Positions 1 to 11,457 of a DNA stretch of 64,000 nucleotides are shown in pieces; position 1 is the stretch's first letter, and the number at the start of each line of letters is the position of its first letter. This DNA comes from Perkinsus chesapeaki ATCC PRA-425 (lineage: Eukaryota > Protista > Perkinsozoa). A model generated the notes under the pieces. It did no database searches. It was not told the origin of the DNA and saw only the letters and a list, made by a program, of their open reading frames with translations. Location: NCBI GenBank assembly GCA_013115145.1, contig JAAPAO010000008.1, forward strand, positions 98,045 through 162,044. The letters run 5' to 3'. Made by a program: the position numbers and the translations under genes.

Positions 1-695
1 TGGCTGAACATGCGTTTCTGAGAAAGTTTCTGACTTTGCTATAGTTCTACTTAACGTCAATTAGCTTATTCTCTACATAGTAACATTGCAACTGGTGTAA
101 TACTAGCACGAACTACGATACACTTCCCAACTTGCAACGCGTTCTTCGAAGTTGTCGTCGAGGTCGTACCGGGAGACCCAACCCTGTGCAAATTACTGCG
201 GAAGCACGAGAATATGTTGAACGCGTTACCCAATACAGTTCTACGACAGAAATCAACATTACCGATAGCTTCGAGCAGTTCGCATTTCCTTCATGCTGCG
301 GACACATGGCATCGTCTTGATGAAAGCTTGTCAAAAACTATGGGATTCGCCTGGACAAAACTCCATTAAAAAGCATTTAGGAACATGCAACTTCGCAGTC
401 ACGATATTGCGGCACATAAAGATACACAAAAAATATCAAGACCGCTCGACACTTTTTAATTACTTACATCCTCCGTCCAATAGTTAATAACTAACTATAG
501 TTACTGTAGCCACTAAATGCTGTCTAATTCTCATCTAGCTCTAGCTTGTCGATATAGACATCGCTGAAGTGTCGCAAGCTGTAGACAATTCCATCGAGAG
601 TTCAATTCCACGCAATTTACCGAAGCACTTATCGTCCTTGTAGTATTGTCTCAAATCGTACTACTGAAGCACTTTCAGATCTAGCTTATCATTCC

Positions 696-773
696 TAGAT
701 GTGTATGAGTGTCAACGTCTCCACTTTTAATTCCAAATCCTAGAGGTTGCTAGGCAAATGATCAAATAACGTC
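696..773. repeat. 78-bp direct repeat, copy 1
   Basis: tagatgtgtatgagtgtcaa...atcaaataacgtc recurs at 1113-1190 with about 5 mismatches. Confidence 0.9.
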
Positions 774-852
774 TTGTGTTTCGTCGGCGGTTCTCTCTTT
801 CCAAAAATGCATATATTTTTTGTAGTTGATATCGTTTCTTTATATTAACGCT

Positions 853-895
853 ATGAAGTTCATTCTCGCTGCTATCGGTGCTGTTGCTTTGGCTG
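853..895 (+). CDS. 5' fragment of a probable secreted protein (signal peptide), cut by the assembly gap
   Basis: ATG at 853 gives MKFILAAIGAVALA (basic residue plus hydrophobic core) running into Ns. Confidence 0.5.
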
Positions 896-994
896 NNNNN
901 NNNNNNNNNNNNNNNNNNNNNNNNNNNNNNNNNNNNNNNNNNNNNNNNNNNNNNNNNNNNNNNNNNNNNNNNNNNNNNNNNNNNNNNNNNNNNN
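896..994. other. assembly gap (N run)
   Basis: run of about 99 N. Confidence 1.
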
Positions 995-1112
995 ATTATT
1001 GCTAATTTTTGGTTGACTACCAGGTAGTCGCAAGCTAGATGAGCCGTATGGCTCGCACGGTTTCCCCGCGGTAACCGTTACCAGTGTATCAGGTTGACTG
1101 GCTTGTCATTTT

Positions 1113-1190
1113 TAGATGTGTATGAGTGTCAATATCTCCACTTTTAATTCTAAATCCTAGAGGTTGCCAGGCAAACGATCAAATAACGTC
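1113..1190. repeat. 78-bp direct repeat, copy 2
   Basis: near-identical to 696-773. Confidence 0.9.
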
Positions 1191-1522
1191 AAGTTTTCGT
1201 TAGCCTTAATTTTTTCCTAAAGATGTAGAATTTTAGTTTTTGAGTAGTGCTTCGGTGTGATGTTGTGAAGGGTTTCTTGCTTATGTATAGCCCCTGTTGG
1301 CACTAGGCGGACGCAACTGTGATGCAAATTACGACAATGAATGCATCTTCATGAGTTCGGCCTTCCGCTTTGCAAGTAAATAGTCAACTCCTAGCCTTGA
1401 AGTTAATTGGCCACTCTTGAACTTACTAGGAGAAGAGCTTAGTCGATTAACCGTCTGCTTGGCGTTTGGCTTGTCAATGGCAAATCGATAGGTAGCATCC
1501 ATGGAACGTGATCGTGAATGGC

Positions 1523-4234
1523 TCAGCGAGGTAGGACGATAGCTTGAACGGGACGAAACTGCAGGCGTACTATAAATCGATGTTGAGCTCCGAGTTGATA
1601 GGGACTGCCCGACTCGCAGCCGGTAACGCTCAGTAGGGCTACCGCTGGAGATACACCTCTCGTTACCATTTGGGGGGCCCTCTTCTGTAACAATCTCCGT
1701 TGTGAGACTACTGTAGTGTCTTGTTGGCAGTAGTCTGTGTAGTGCAGCAACATCCTGATTCGTTTGACTTCTATGGTGGACTTAGATACTCTTCTTACTT
1801 CATTCAGCTGTTCTCTAATAACATCCGGTGACACTATTTGCTCAACCCCTTTCAATATTCTGCCCATTAGGGAGCCGATTTCAGTCGACTCAGTCGAGGC
1901 TATACCTTGCTCCCTAGTCTCGAGCTCCGATATCCTTTCCTGACACATTGCGTTACTATCAGCTGTCCCTGACACTCACTCTTAGTTGAATCAGCTCTCT
2001 GTCTTGCACTTCTTTAGATTTCTGAAGCTGCGCCACTATCTGGTCTCGATCATCCAGCCGCGTTGTCAAGGCCAGCATAATATCTCTCTGCTTGATCAAA
2101 AGTGATTTATACCTAAAGTGCCGCTACCCCTCCAAGTTTGACTTCAAAATGGCTACCTGTCAACGTGCATCTTATCGTTTTCCAGTGCCTCTCGTTCCCT
2201 TTCTAACGCCTCTTCAGTGAGCCTAAGCTGCTCCATGTATCGCTCATTACCATCTCCCAGCGCTGGATGCAGCAGTTGGTTTTGAAGATGCCGCACCCTC
2301 TCCGTGAGGGCTTCATTGGATTCTCTCTGTCGCTCAAATTCTCTGCAAGACCACGCATAGCTTCCCCCTGTTCAGCTGGGCTCGATAGCCTTACCTACTG
2401 GTGTGTTGCAGTCGGCGATACGCTTCAGTACGATCCTCCTCTGCTCTTCGTCTCTCCTCGTCCATCTACAGCACCCCACATACCAAGACTCTCTCGTATA
2501 CGTAACCCTCAAGTACGAATACCTTCAATAACTGTCTGTCGTTTACTGCACTGTTAGGGCGCTTGGCCAGCTCTGCTCGGAGCCTCTGTAGTTCAGCTTC
2601 GTATCTTCGCTAGCTTAGAACAGAGGCACTCCGTATACAACTGTTACTTGCGTATTAGAGCATCTTGATCCGATACGAACTCGTTCATGACAGCTGTGTT
2701 ACGAATTGTCTTTGCCCTATTTGCAAACTTCAGTGTTGATAACGATTCTCCAAAGGCTTCTGCCTACCAAACAGGGCAGCTTACAAGGAGGACATCTGTC
2801 GGCGCACCGCTGGTGATATCATGGCAATCATCGCCGTTATACAGTTTCCACCAAGAGAATCTTCTAGCAGGCGAGTGAGCTTCGAGTCTCGATAGGGGAT
2901 ATGGCTCCGCCCAGCTCCCGATGCGCCACTCTCAGCTAACATATCACTCATCAAGACCAACATCAATCGTAATGCAGACCTCGGCTGGCCTCAGTAAGAG
3001 CTGATATAACATTTCCCAGAGCTGATAGGGACTGATTTATCTTCTTTGATTCTTCCAATCTCACTCCTGTAGCACCTGTGTGGAAGGCTGCTAGATTATT
3101 ATGACAACAGTCTAGCTACCAGTAAGCCTGACACGCTCACTTCCCGCCAAGTCGACTAAGTTCAGCTTGCCTACCTGTCGGAAGTGTTCGACCATGCCAC
3201 ACTACTATCCTACCTTCAAAGTCGAGTTATCGTCTACGATCTCTACTACGATTGTAAATACTGCATGTGACCGTGAGGATGCATCATTGAGTTTAGTCTG
3301 AAGCGGCGTCGCTGCTGCGCTAGCGGACCCTCCCCTACAGTGGCGATGGCCCGTGATGCATTGCCCTCTGTTATCAGTGTGTAAACCTCTTCTGGCTCTC
3401 TGACGATGTGCTCCGCCAAGCCGTCAACGTATCTTGCAAACTTATTATCGCAAATAGTCAGCCTCGAGCTTTTACACTCCTAGACTCTTATCCTGCCTTA
3501 TATTCAGCTGTGGCCTATCCTCTCTTGGAAGCAAGTCCGATAAAGCCTCATTATATATTTGCAGGTAAGATGCTCGCACACGGAACGTTGCATCGGAAGC
3601 CCTATTGAGGTCTGCGTATCTGCACTTGGTGACTCGGCGTTTAACCTGTTGCTAGTCCTACTCGAATATCTCTGCCATGCTCCTTGGTATTATCCCTCTC
3701 TGTGAATGGTCATGGTAATCGGTAACGAAGCCCTCCATAGTGTGTGTCTTCCCAGTTCCCGTTTGACCGTAGGCCAGTATGGTAGCATTGTATCTACCTT
3801 AGCCGTTGCTCGTTTCGACACAAGAGTTTGTCTACCCTTGAAGCACACTCATTACGGCGTCCTTGGCCGTTCTCTGATAAACATCTGGTTGCCTGGAGTC
3901 CTCATCATATCTGGTGATTCACACTGCATGCGTTGCAACGACATTCAAGCTGCTGCCATTGGGAACTTACACGGTATCAAATGTGAAGACATGATTTGCC
4001 AGAATCTGGTGTTGCCGTTCAGTTGCCTGTGCGATTCTCGCAGGACCCCCTCCTCCCACAGAGCCCGTCATTGGTACGCTGACAACCTGAGGCCTTGCTG
4101 TCCGGCGGAGGGGTAAAAGCTATTACCTCGCTGAGTGTCAATTGTGGACCATCTACCGAGACTATATGGCAGTAGTCGGATGCTAGTAATTCCCGCTTCA
4201 AAGGAGGTCTCACTCTTACAGCTACCTGTGCCAT
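1523..4234 (-). CDS. kinesin motor protein with coiled-coil tail (multi-exon)
   Basis: N-terminal [11 protein letters not shown]; P-loop [14 protein letters not shown] (~3735-3775); switch [12 protein letters not shown] (~3260-3290); switch [13 protein letters not shown] (~3140-3172); [20 protein letters not shown]. 3' end approximate. Confidence 0.93.
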
Positions 4235-4545
4235 ACTAATGGGTACTCTTCCCTGGTTAACAACAGGGGCGACATTACATTGAAATCACCCTTAATAATC
4301 TTTCTTGTCAGTGCCTTACGCTTTTCCGCTTCATTTGTTCGTAGCATGCCCTGTGACATGGTCATACCAGCGAACGCCAGAGCGCAGGCTAACACTACTT
4401 GTGACAACTGTAACGCGGAAAGATAGGTGTCATTAAAATATCAGAATTGAACTAATAGTACGATTTATGATATTGCGAGGGTTGGGTGTGAATGTATTAT
4501 ACAGATTCGTCAGTCAGTCATATATTTAACAGTATGCCAAGCCAG

Positions 4546-6999
4546 CTAGATACCATCTTCGACAACATTACCACGCCGAAACTCGTGAACCTGAAAAACT
4601 CCCCCATCACAAGTTCCTCCACCAGTAGCATTGTTGTATGGCACTTCAAGAGCTACTGAGTGTCTGACCTTATTTGAGATGCATTCAAGTTCCTTCATGG
4701 TATCCTGGTATTTCTTTTTGGTTGCTCTAATTGCCGTTTTCACTTTGCCAGCTCTAACTAGCTCATTATTACTGAGCTCCGAAAACCTGACGCCCGCTTG
4801 TTCCCATCAGTTTCCGTAGTAAAGTATGCTACTTCGCGAAATCACTGTACCAAGGTTCGGCCTTCTTTATGGCGCGTTCCGTTGTATCCCGCTTTATGCG
4901 TGATATTAGGTTCTGAATCGATCGGTACCTACTCCCCGAGTACCTCCACAAGACATCACCATACACTTACTCAGAAGTTCGGGTGATGCAAGCACGCTCG
5001 GCTGCGTCCCGAGACGACTGAGCAGCAAGCAGCTCAACAGAGAGTTCCGCTAGTCGATCCTATCAGTAACGATAAGCTGCAATGACCTCAGATGTTATAC
5101 CTGTTCATCTGAGGACTTCAGAGGGATGCTACTACTAGTCCTTGGCCGTAGCGATGGTTCAGCAATTGGGCTTGGTTCAGCAGAGCTCCTGAGAACAATA
5201 TCCAGTGCTAACGTGAGCCCACGAAGTATTCGGTTATCGAATTCCGGCGCTCGCCACACGGCGATTGCTGATGGTAGAAATTTGAGTTGAGGTGAATTTC
5301 GGCAGGCTGCGAAGATGCCCTTCAAACCGCCCCTCCCCTATAGTACTCTTTGTCGTCCCCCACAGTACTGCCAGTCGAGTATGACTCTCGAGCTTCCACG
5401 CAGCCACCCTCCCCTTCGAGAGCGAATTCTGGAAGTGTATCACCACACAGGAAGGTTGAAGGCTTTACCTTCCTCAGCTCCACTCATAAGCTTTTTGATG
5501 CGTTCAACATCCTCAACAGCCTTCTTGAACTCACCAGTAGCTGCATGAACCGCCTAACGTACACTGTACGGCGGTCAGATGGTGGCAAAGGCCGGCACCT
5601 GTTGAGAGTCCCCGAGAGCAGCGCATGCCTCATAGTAAGCTTTGGTTCTCTCAAGCACCGATCGGCCGATAAGCTAAACACGCGAATGTCATTGAACTAG
5701 GTTTATGTAACGAGTCCATTACTGGCAGGAGCTGCTGTTTCCTCCTTCTCCATTCTGAAGCTAGATGATGCCGCCGCTTCTCTATTGTACTGAGCTCTCT
5801 CTCTAAATCATTCAGTCGCTCAGCAGATGTATTCATCGCATCCAATAGCTCTGGGACCTGCGTCGATATTGACAATGCTGTAGAGGTGTATCGACGACCT
5901 TCTCAGTTAATCTCCTTTCCTCGTCGCCTTCCTCAGTGTCCTCTGCTAACTCCCGAACCGAGCTCGGTACTTCCAGGTCACAATTAGCCGCTGCGACACT
6001 TTCAGAGTCGGCTGCCTGACATGATTGAATGCACTAAGGATATGTTGTCAGCCTTCCTAAGCTGAGCTCTACACTTTCCTGGCCGTTGGGGAGAGACTCG
6101 GGCCGATCGTCGCCACGATCCGAACACTAGCGTGGACTCGATACTGGAACTATAATATACATGTCTCCAACTAGATGATATAGATTCTAAGTTGAAGTAG
6201 CCCTCTCGGATGGGGTCCGCTTCAAAGAGAGCCGCCGAATTTTCCCCAACTCTTAAAGCGCTAAAACTATAAAAAGCGGCAGGAAATTTGTCATCTGTCC
6301 TCAACAACATAATTTCGACACTTACCGATGCGTCCACATCCGAGTCCCATCCACAGGTCATGTGCCGTGCCTTCCGAACATGATTCTAAGATGGGATATT
6401 AGGGTTATGGGCTTTATTCCTACAGTGTTATGATGAGAGTATCTGCTAGAGCTACGAGAGCTACTAGAGGACTCTGACCCCAAGCACGAGGCCACATCTG
6501 CAATGTGGACATCAGTAGGCTCCATCAGCTCAGTCGGAGTTGCGGATCTTGACAAAGTACTTTGAGCCCCCCAACGGCCCAGCACTACCTTCCGTACACT
6601 GTTGGTAGCTCGAGGCTCTTGCTGGTAATCCGAGGAGACTGAGGAAGAAGATCCAAGTCTCCATCGTGGGAAGTGATTTCGGGCACTACCGCGGAAATTT
6701 TGGTATGAGCTCGGGAGTCCGGCCGCCGCCGTTCACTGGTTGATGACGGTACTTCCAACGTGACAAAAATATAACTCAACTACAAGTAGGATAATCCGAT
6801 TCAGTGTTAAACACTGAGAGGACAGGCCAACACTTGCCCTTCTTGCTCTGACTTGAAGTTACCTAACGCTACTTCTCCAGTGTCGCACCTCGACGCGGTA
6901 GGCTTGCCCAGGCCGGTGCCTGATAGCGCTAGCGGAACTATCCTCGACAGGGAGACTGTCGTTGGTGTATGTTTTAAGATGAGTTATTGTACATAGCAT
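4546..6999 (-). CDS. SH3BP5/Parcas-like coiled-coil protein (putative Rab11 GEF family), multi-exon, with an unrecognised N-terminal part
   Basis: exons VPELLDAMNTSAERLNDLE, RAIKKAEPWY and KKYQDTMKELECISNKVHE resemble SH3BP5 (ELEKLN.., IKKSRPYF, Y..A...LE.IS..IHE). 5' end and joining of the 6002-6999 exons uncertain. Confidence 0.6.
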
Positions 7000-9900
7000 G
7001 TTTGGCTTCAATCCTTCTATTGGTCTGAGTAAATATCGTCCAGGAGGGTCTTCTCCCATCCTAGGCCTTCAAGCGGCTCCCAATGGCCGTGTTCTATCGG
7101 TGATCACTCGAGGTGGGCGAGAGGTAAGCTTCAAAGGCTGCTCGTTGGGTTGTTATGAAATGTGTCGCTAGGCACAGTTTTATGCTGCTGGTTATCAACA
7201 ACAGCAGGCTCCGATGTACCGTCTACGTACGGCAGCCTCTATGCTGGGATCGACACTACAGGAGGGCAATTCCAAACAGTCGGGCTCTGACTTGGATTCT
7301 GGCGACGAGAGCATGACCTTTACTGGGTACTATAGAAAAGATTCTTTTCGAGGTTGAATTCCGTCCCGTGTTTAGGCTGCATGCATGGTCCGGTGATTCG
7401 ACTCGGGTATTTTTACAGTTGTCGACTCGGCATTTGGTTGCGGTCTTCCGAGTACGGTTCGGTGATGACGGTTTTAAAAAGGGGGCTGATTATGACTATG
7501 ATGAGGCTGATACAGATTATGATGATGAAGGTGGGACAAAAAGGCATGTTAGGTGATAATGGGGGGGACATGGGCACGGTGTGTGAGGCTCGGTCAGGTC
7601 TCATCAGCTGCGACAGCTTCCCTGTCATATTGAGCTTGAGTGTACGCTTAGTGTCCCTACGGAAAAGTTCTCACTCTTGCCTGGTGCTGGCAATCGACTT
7701 TTTATAGTATCATCACCGACAGAAGTATCATCAAGTAGCATGATTCTATTGCTGGACACTGATAACTACAGGCAGCGTGCGCCCAAGGTCGACCTATCTG
7801 TACTAAAGCGAGGCCCAGGGGCCATCCTCGCCTTTGAAGAGTGTCGCTGTCTAAGCCAGATAGCGGACTCCTTCATAGCTGGCCATCCCGATAGCGGCCT
7901 CCGGAACCGTGTGGTAGCGACGTCTGCATCGGGAGGACCAAGCGGCGTTATTGCCGTCAGCGTAGTGATAGAGGGTACATCGGAAGTATGGCTGCTGCGA
8001 GACAGGCCAGTAGAGGGGAAAGGCGGTTGCGGATTGGGCCGAGTTCTCTCGGTATCGGGCAGTTGCAGCTGCGTCGCACTTTCCGGGGATTGCCTGGCTG
8101 TTGCCCTTACTGGTGGAGTTGTTGATCTTTATAATATACAGGATCCACAGGACACCCTAGAGCTAGCCCACCTGTGTCGGATAAAATCATCTGATCTCTT
8201 ATCAACGACCGAAGAGCTCCCACCAAAGCTGCCAGTTAGCGGCCTGACGTGGGCCGGCGATCGGGTCCTATTGGTCCATACTGGGGTCGGCCTTGGTGCC
8301 GTCTCTGTGGATGGTGCCAGGCTTGGATGCTTTACTCATGGATGTGGCCCTGTTAAGTTCGCCGCCGGTAGCACAAGCTATCTTTGGGCATGTGTCGTGA
8401 CCTTTAATGAGCCAGAGATTGCTAAGTTCCCCGCCGTGGTGGAGCATCCCTCCATGTTGACCGGTTATGGTGATGACGTCAGCTGTCCTTCAGTGCCGTT
8501 ATTGGCATCTCATGAGCGAATGCTTTTGCCAAAGGCATCGTCTAGTACGTGGAAGGCAGTGCATTACCCTCACATGTACATGCGTACCAATTGGCCACCG
8601 CGTGTGTTCGCTGGTCGCCCCGGCCACTGGATCATGGTCTGTGGCGAGTTCGGCTTCGTGGTTTATAGTTACCTCAGGGATAAATGGAGGTTGTTTGGTG
8701 ACGTGGCTCATGAGGGCTTGGTTGGTCGAGTTCGGGCAGCCTGCAGTCTAGGGCAATACGGCGTAACTTTGAATAGCAGTGGCTTGTTGGTAGTCTGGGA
8801 CATGGGTGCCAGGCTGGACTATTATACAGCAAAGCTGGCTAGTGTAGAGGCTGCAGACGCTGCTGAGGTGAAGGCAATGGCGACATCTGAAGATTTCCAA
8901 GTGGTACTGGCAACCCTTACTGAGGCCACTTCATATCGCTATAATGGGCCGGGTGATTTCACGGTCGGCAAGAGCGTCCGTTTGGATGCCCTGCCAAGTC
9001 CTTTAAGAGAAGTGCAGCTGTTCCGAGATGACAGCGGAGGCATGGTATTGCTGGCACTCTTACGGAACGGTGAAGTATTCAGAGAGCAGGACAGTGGGTC
9101 GATGAAATTCGTAAGAGTGTGCGGCGGTGTTCGACGAATCTTCGTGTTCGAGCCTACGGAGCGAAATCAGAAATCCCAACTGGAGATATCTAAGAGCTCG
9201 TCTACGGATGCGCCTGCTACTGGTGGATCGGAGGAAGATGCGTCTAGCTCTATTTCACCGTTAACTTACAGAGGATTTGGCGGGCCTTTTATGATACCAC
9301 AAACCGCGTCGTCTGTAGGAGAGAGCAGGCAGGGGAAGACGGGTAATAATAGGGGGCTTGAGTGGCGTGGATGGACTTCTGGGGGGCTTCGGCGTCAGGA
9401 GCCTCAGGGCCATTCAATCGGTCAATCAGTTAGTATAGATATTAATATATGGGAAACCGAGAACTGATAGCATAATGGTGCAGTGTAGCGGATACTAGTA
9501 GCTATAAGATTTCACTGTATGGTTTACTTGTAGCATGTAGTAGTAGGAGTACTGTAATAAGTTGTATAGGATGTTTATATAATATTAAACCAACATTCAG
9601 GAGTGCTCGTTCATGTTGGGTTACCTTTAGGTGTTGGACAATCTACATCAGACGAGACCTCTGATGAGAGCCAATCGGTGGTAATGACAGGATACCGTTC
9701 TGTCCACCCGTTGCCAGCCCCGTCTCTGTCCCTTCCTATAGCCAGTCGTAATCAGACCAATGAGGAGGCATCATCCTCCTCTCCTCGATTCGACCTGCCT
9801 ATCAGCGGTCACGAGGACACAGCGAATGCAGCGGAGCTGTTTACACCATCTCATGTAAAGGTGGTCAACTACTCCAAAAGCAGCAAAGACTCGACGACAT

Positions 9901-11069
9901 TGGGCAAGGTGGAGGTGCCACCTGATGAAAAATGCCCTTTCTGTAAGGATGTCTGTACAGTGGACCTCGCTACTAGTTACTATGATAATAGCCCGAGGGC
10001 CGTCTCGGAGCTTGCTTCGGTACTGGATAGAGCCCAAGTGTGGATGGAAGATCAAGCTGGCTTGTCGCTGTGGATAAATGGCTCCTTCTTTGCCACCCGT
10101 ATACCGATCGATTCACCGAGTGCCGCTGTACTTTGTGTATACCCTTCACAGGCATCTTTTCGAGTAGTGCTTCCCAAGCAGTCATGGAGCTTGGTAACTG
10201 CTCCTCTGTATCATACTCTACTCCATAGGCTTTGTAGTGCTCCTGGTAACCGTCTACTTCGAACTGCTTATAATGTGTCGTGCACGGTGTATTCAGCCAA
10301 GGAGTTCAGAGTAGTCCTCGAGCTCCTCCTCCACGAGTCGATCGATGCCTGTGTACCGATATTCCTACGACTTGATAAACTAGGGGTAACCGATGTCAAT
10401 GCTGTCCATCATCACAGCCCAGTTAACATGCGTCTCCGTACATTACGGAATGCCTTGCATCTGGTCGGTCATTTCGGTCCTTCTGGGGTTGACTATTTGG
10501 TAGCGGCCTTGCGTAAAACAGAGCCTCATGTAAGCTTCCGCCACGTTCTTGGTATGATGGATGAAGGAGGCTCAGAGAGGGTAGCGCCCGAACTATTCCG
10601 TAGCGCTTTAAAGGCCGGCAGACTCTATCAGGCTGCTGCACTACTACTTCTGGTACAGTACTCCGCGGGCCCTGAGACTGCCAGGAAGGACTATGCGTTA
10701 CCACTGTTAAAGGCGGCTTTAGACGCCGGCGAAAAGTCCCTTGCTGAGCAATGCATTAGATTCTATTCGGCAATGGGAACGGACCGTCCTCCAGAAGTGG
10801 TGAGCTGCGTCCGCGAGTACTGTATCAAGTTGGTGGTCGATTGTAAATGGGTGGACCTACTTAATTGCTTTGGCGCTGACGGCACCGCAAGAGAATTCCT
10901 GGAGGGGGTCCCCGAGCCCACAGTTGTCCAGTTCAACTCGGTGGTTCGGTCTTTCAGGGCTCTTATGATATGTGATAGAGAGCCTGGAGAGACCAAAGAC
11001 AACGTTGGAATAGTGCAGATAGCAGCTGATGAAGGAAGTGATGATACTTCTACAGAGGGTGGAGGGTAG
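6998..11069 (+). CDS. RIC1: RIC1 homologue (Rab6/Ypt6 GEF subunit)
   Basis: YMRTNWPPRVFAGRPGHWIMVCGEFGFVVYSYLRDKWRLFGD; RIC1-domain-like VLELLLHE, ALRKTE, LYQAAALLLLVQ. Large exons to 9420 and 9601-11069 separated by an AT-rich phase-1 intron 9421-9600. Candidate ATG 6998 (MFGFNPSIGL..ILGLQAAPNGRVLSVIT). Confidence 0.85.
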
Positions 11070-11457
11070 GTTGTCTCGCTGACGGCTGATGCTGATTTAC
11101 TACTGTTGTCAGGTCACCATCAGATAACGCTGGTCTGCATGTATCGAGGCAGCTTTTCTTATTGTTTCTGTCTATTGGTTGGTCACGTCGTGTCCTAGCT
11201 ATGTGTGTAGCATCGAGAGATCCTCGGTCATTGGCCTTTGCTATGGGCAGGGACCCGATGGTCAAGGAGATGTGTGCAGCTGAAGGAAGTGACGAATGTC
11301 GATCGCTGTTGCACGGTGCCCTAAGCTCTGTTTAAATCGCTTTTTGAAAGCCTGTATAATTCTGCATAGTTTCCCTTTGTGAAATAATGAGTTGCGTTGA
11401 AGTGCCTTAATCCTGGCTTCTACCCAGAAATTTCTGTTCTTACGTTCGCAGACCGCT

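Noticed and set aside
113-487. short ORFs with a GRP motif as a Tc1/mariner transposase relic
   Set aside because: No DDE motif, terminal inverted repeat or other supporting signature visible
2145-2156. 12-nt match (minus strand GTAGCCATTTTG) to the dinoflagellate spliced leader
   Set aside because: Inside the kinesin gene where it reads VAIL; best explained as chance
4222-4407. small hydrophobic ORF between the SH3BP5-like gene and kinesin
   Set aside because: No ATG start, overlaps the kinesin start, no recognised family
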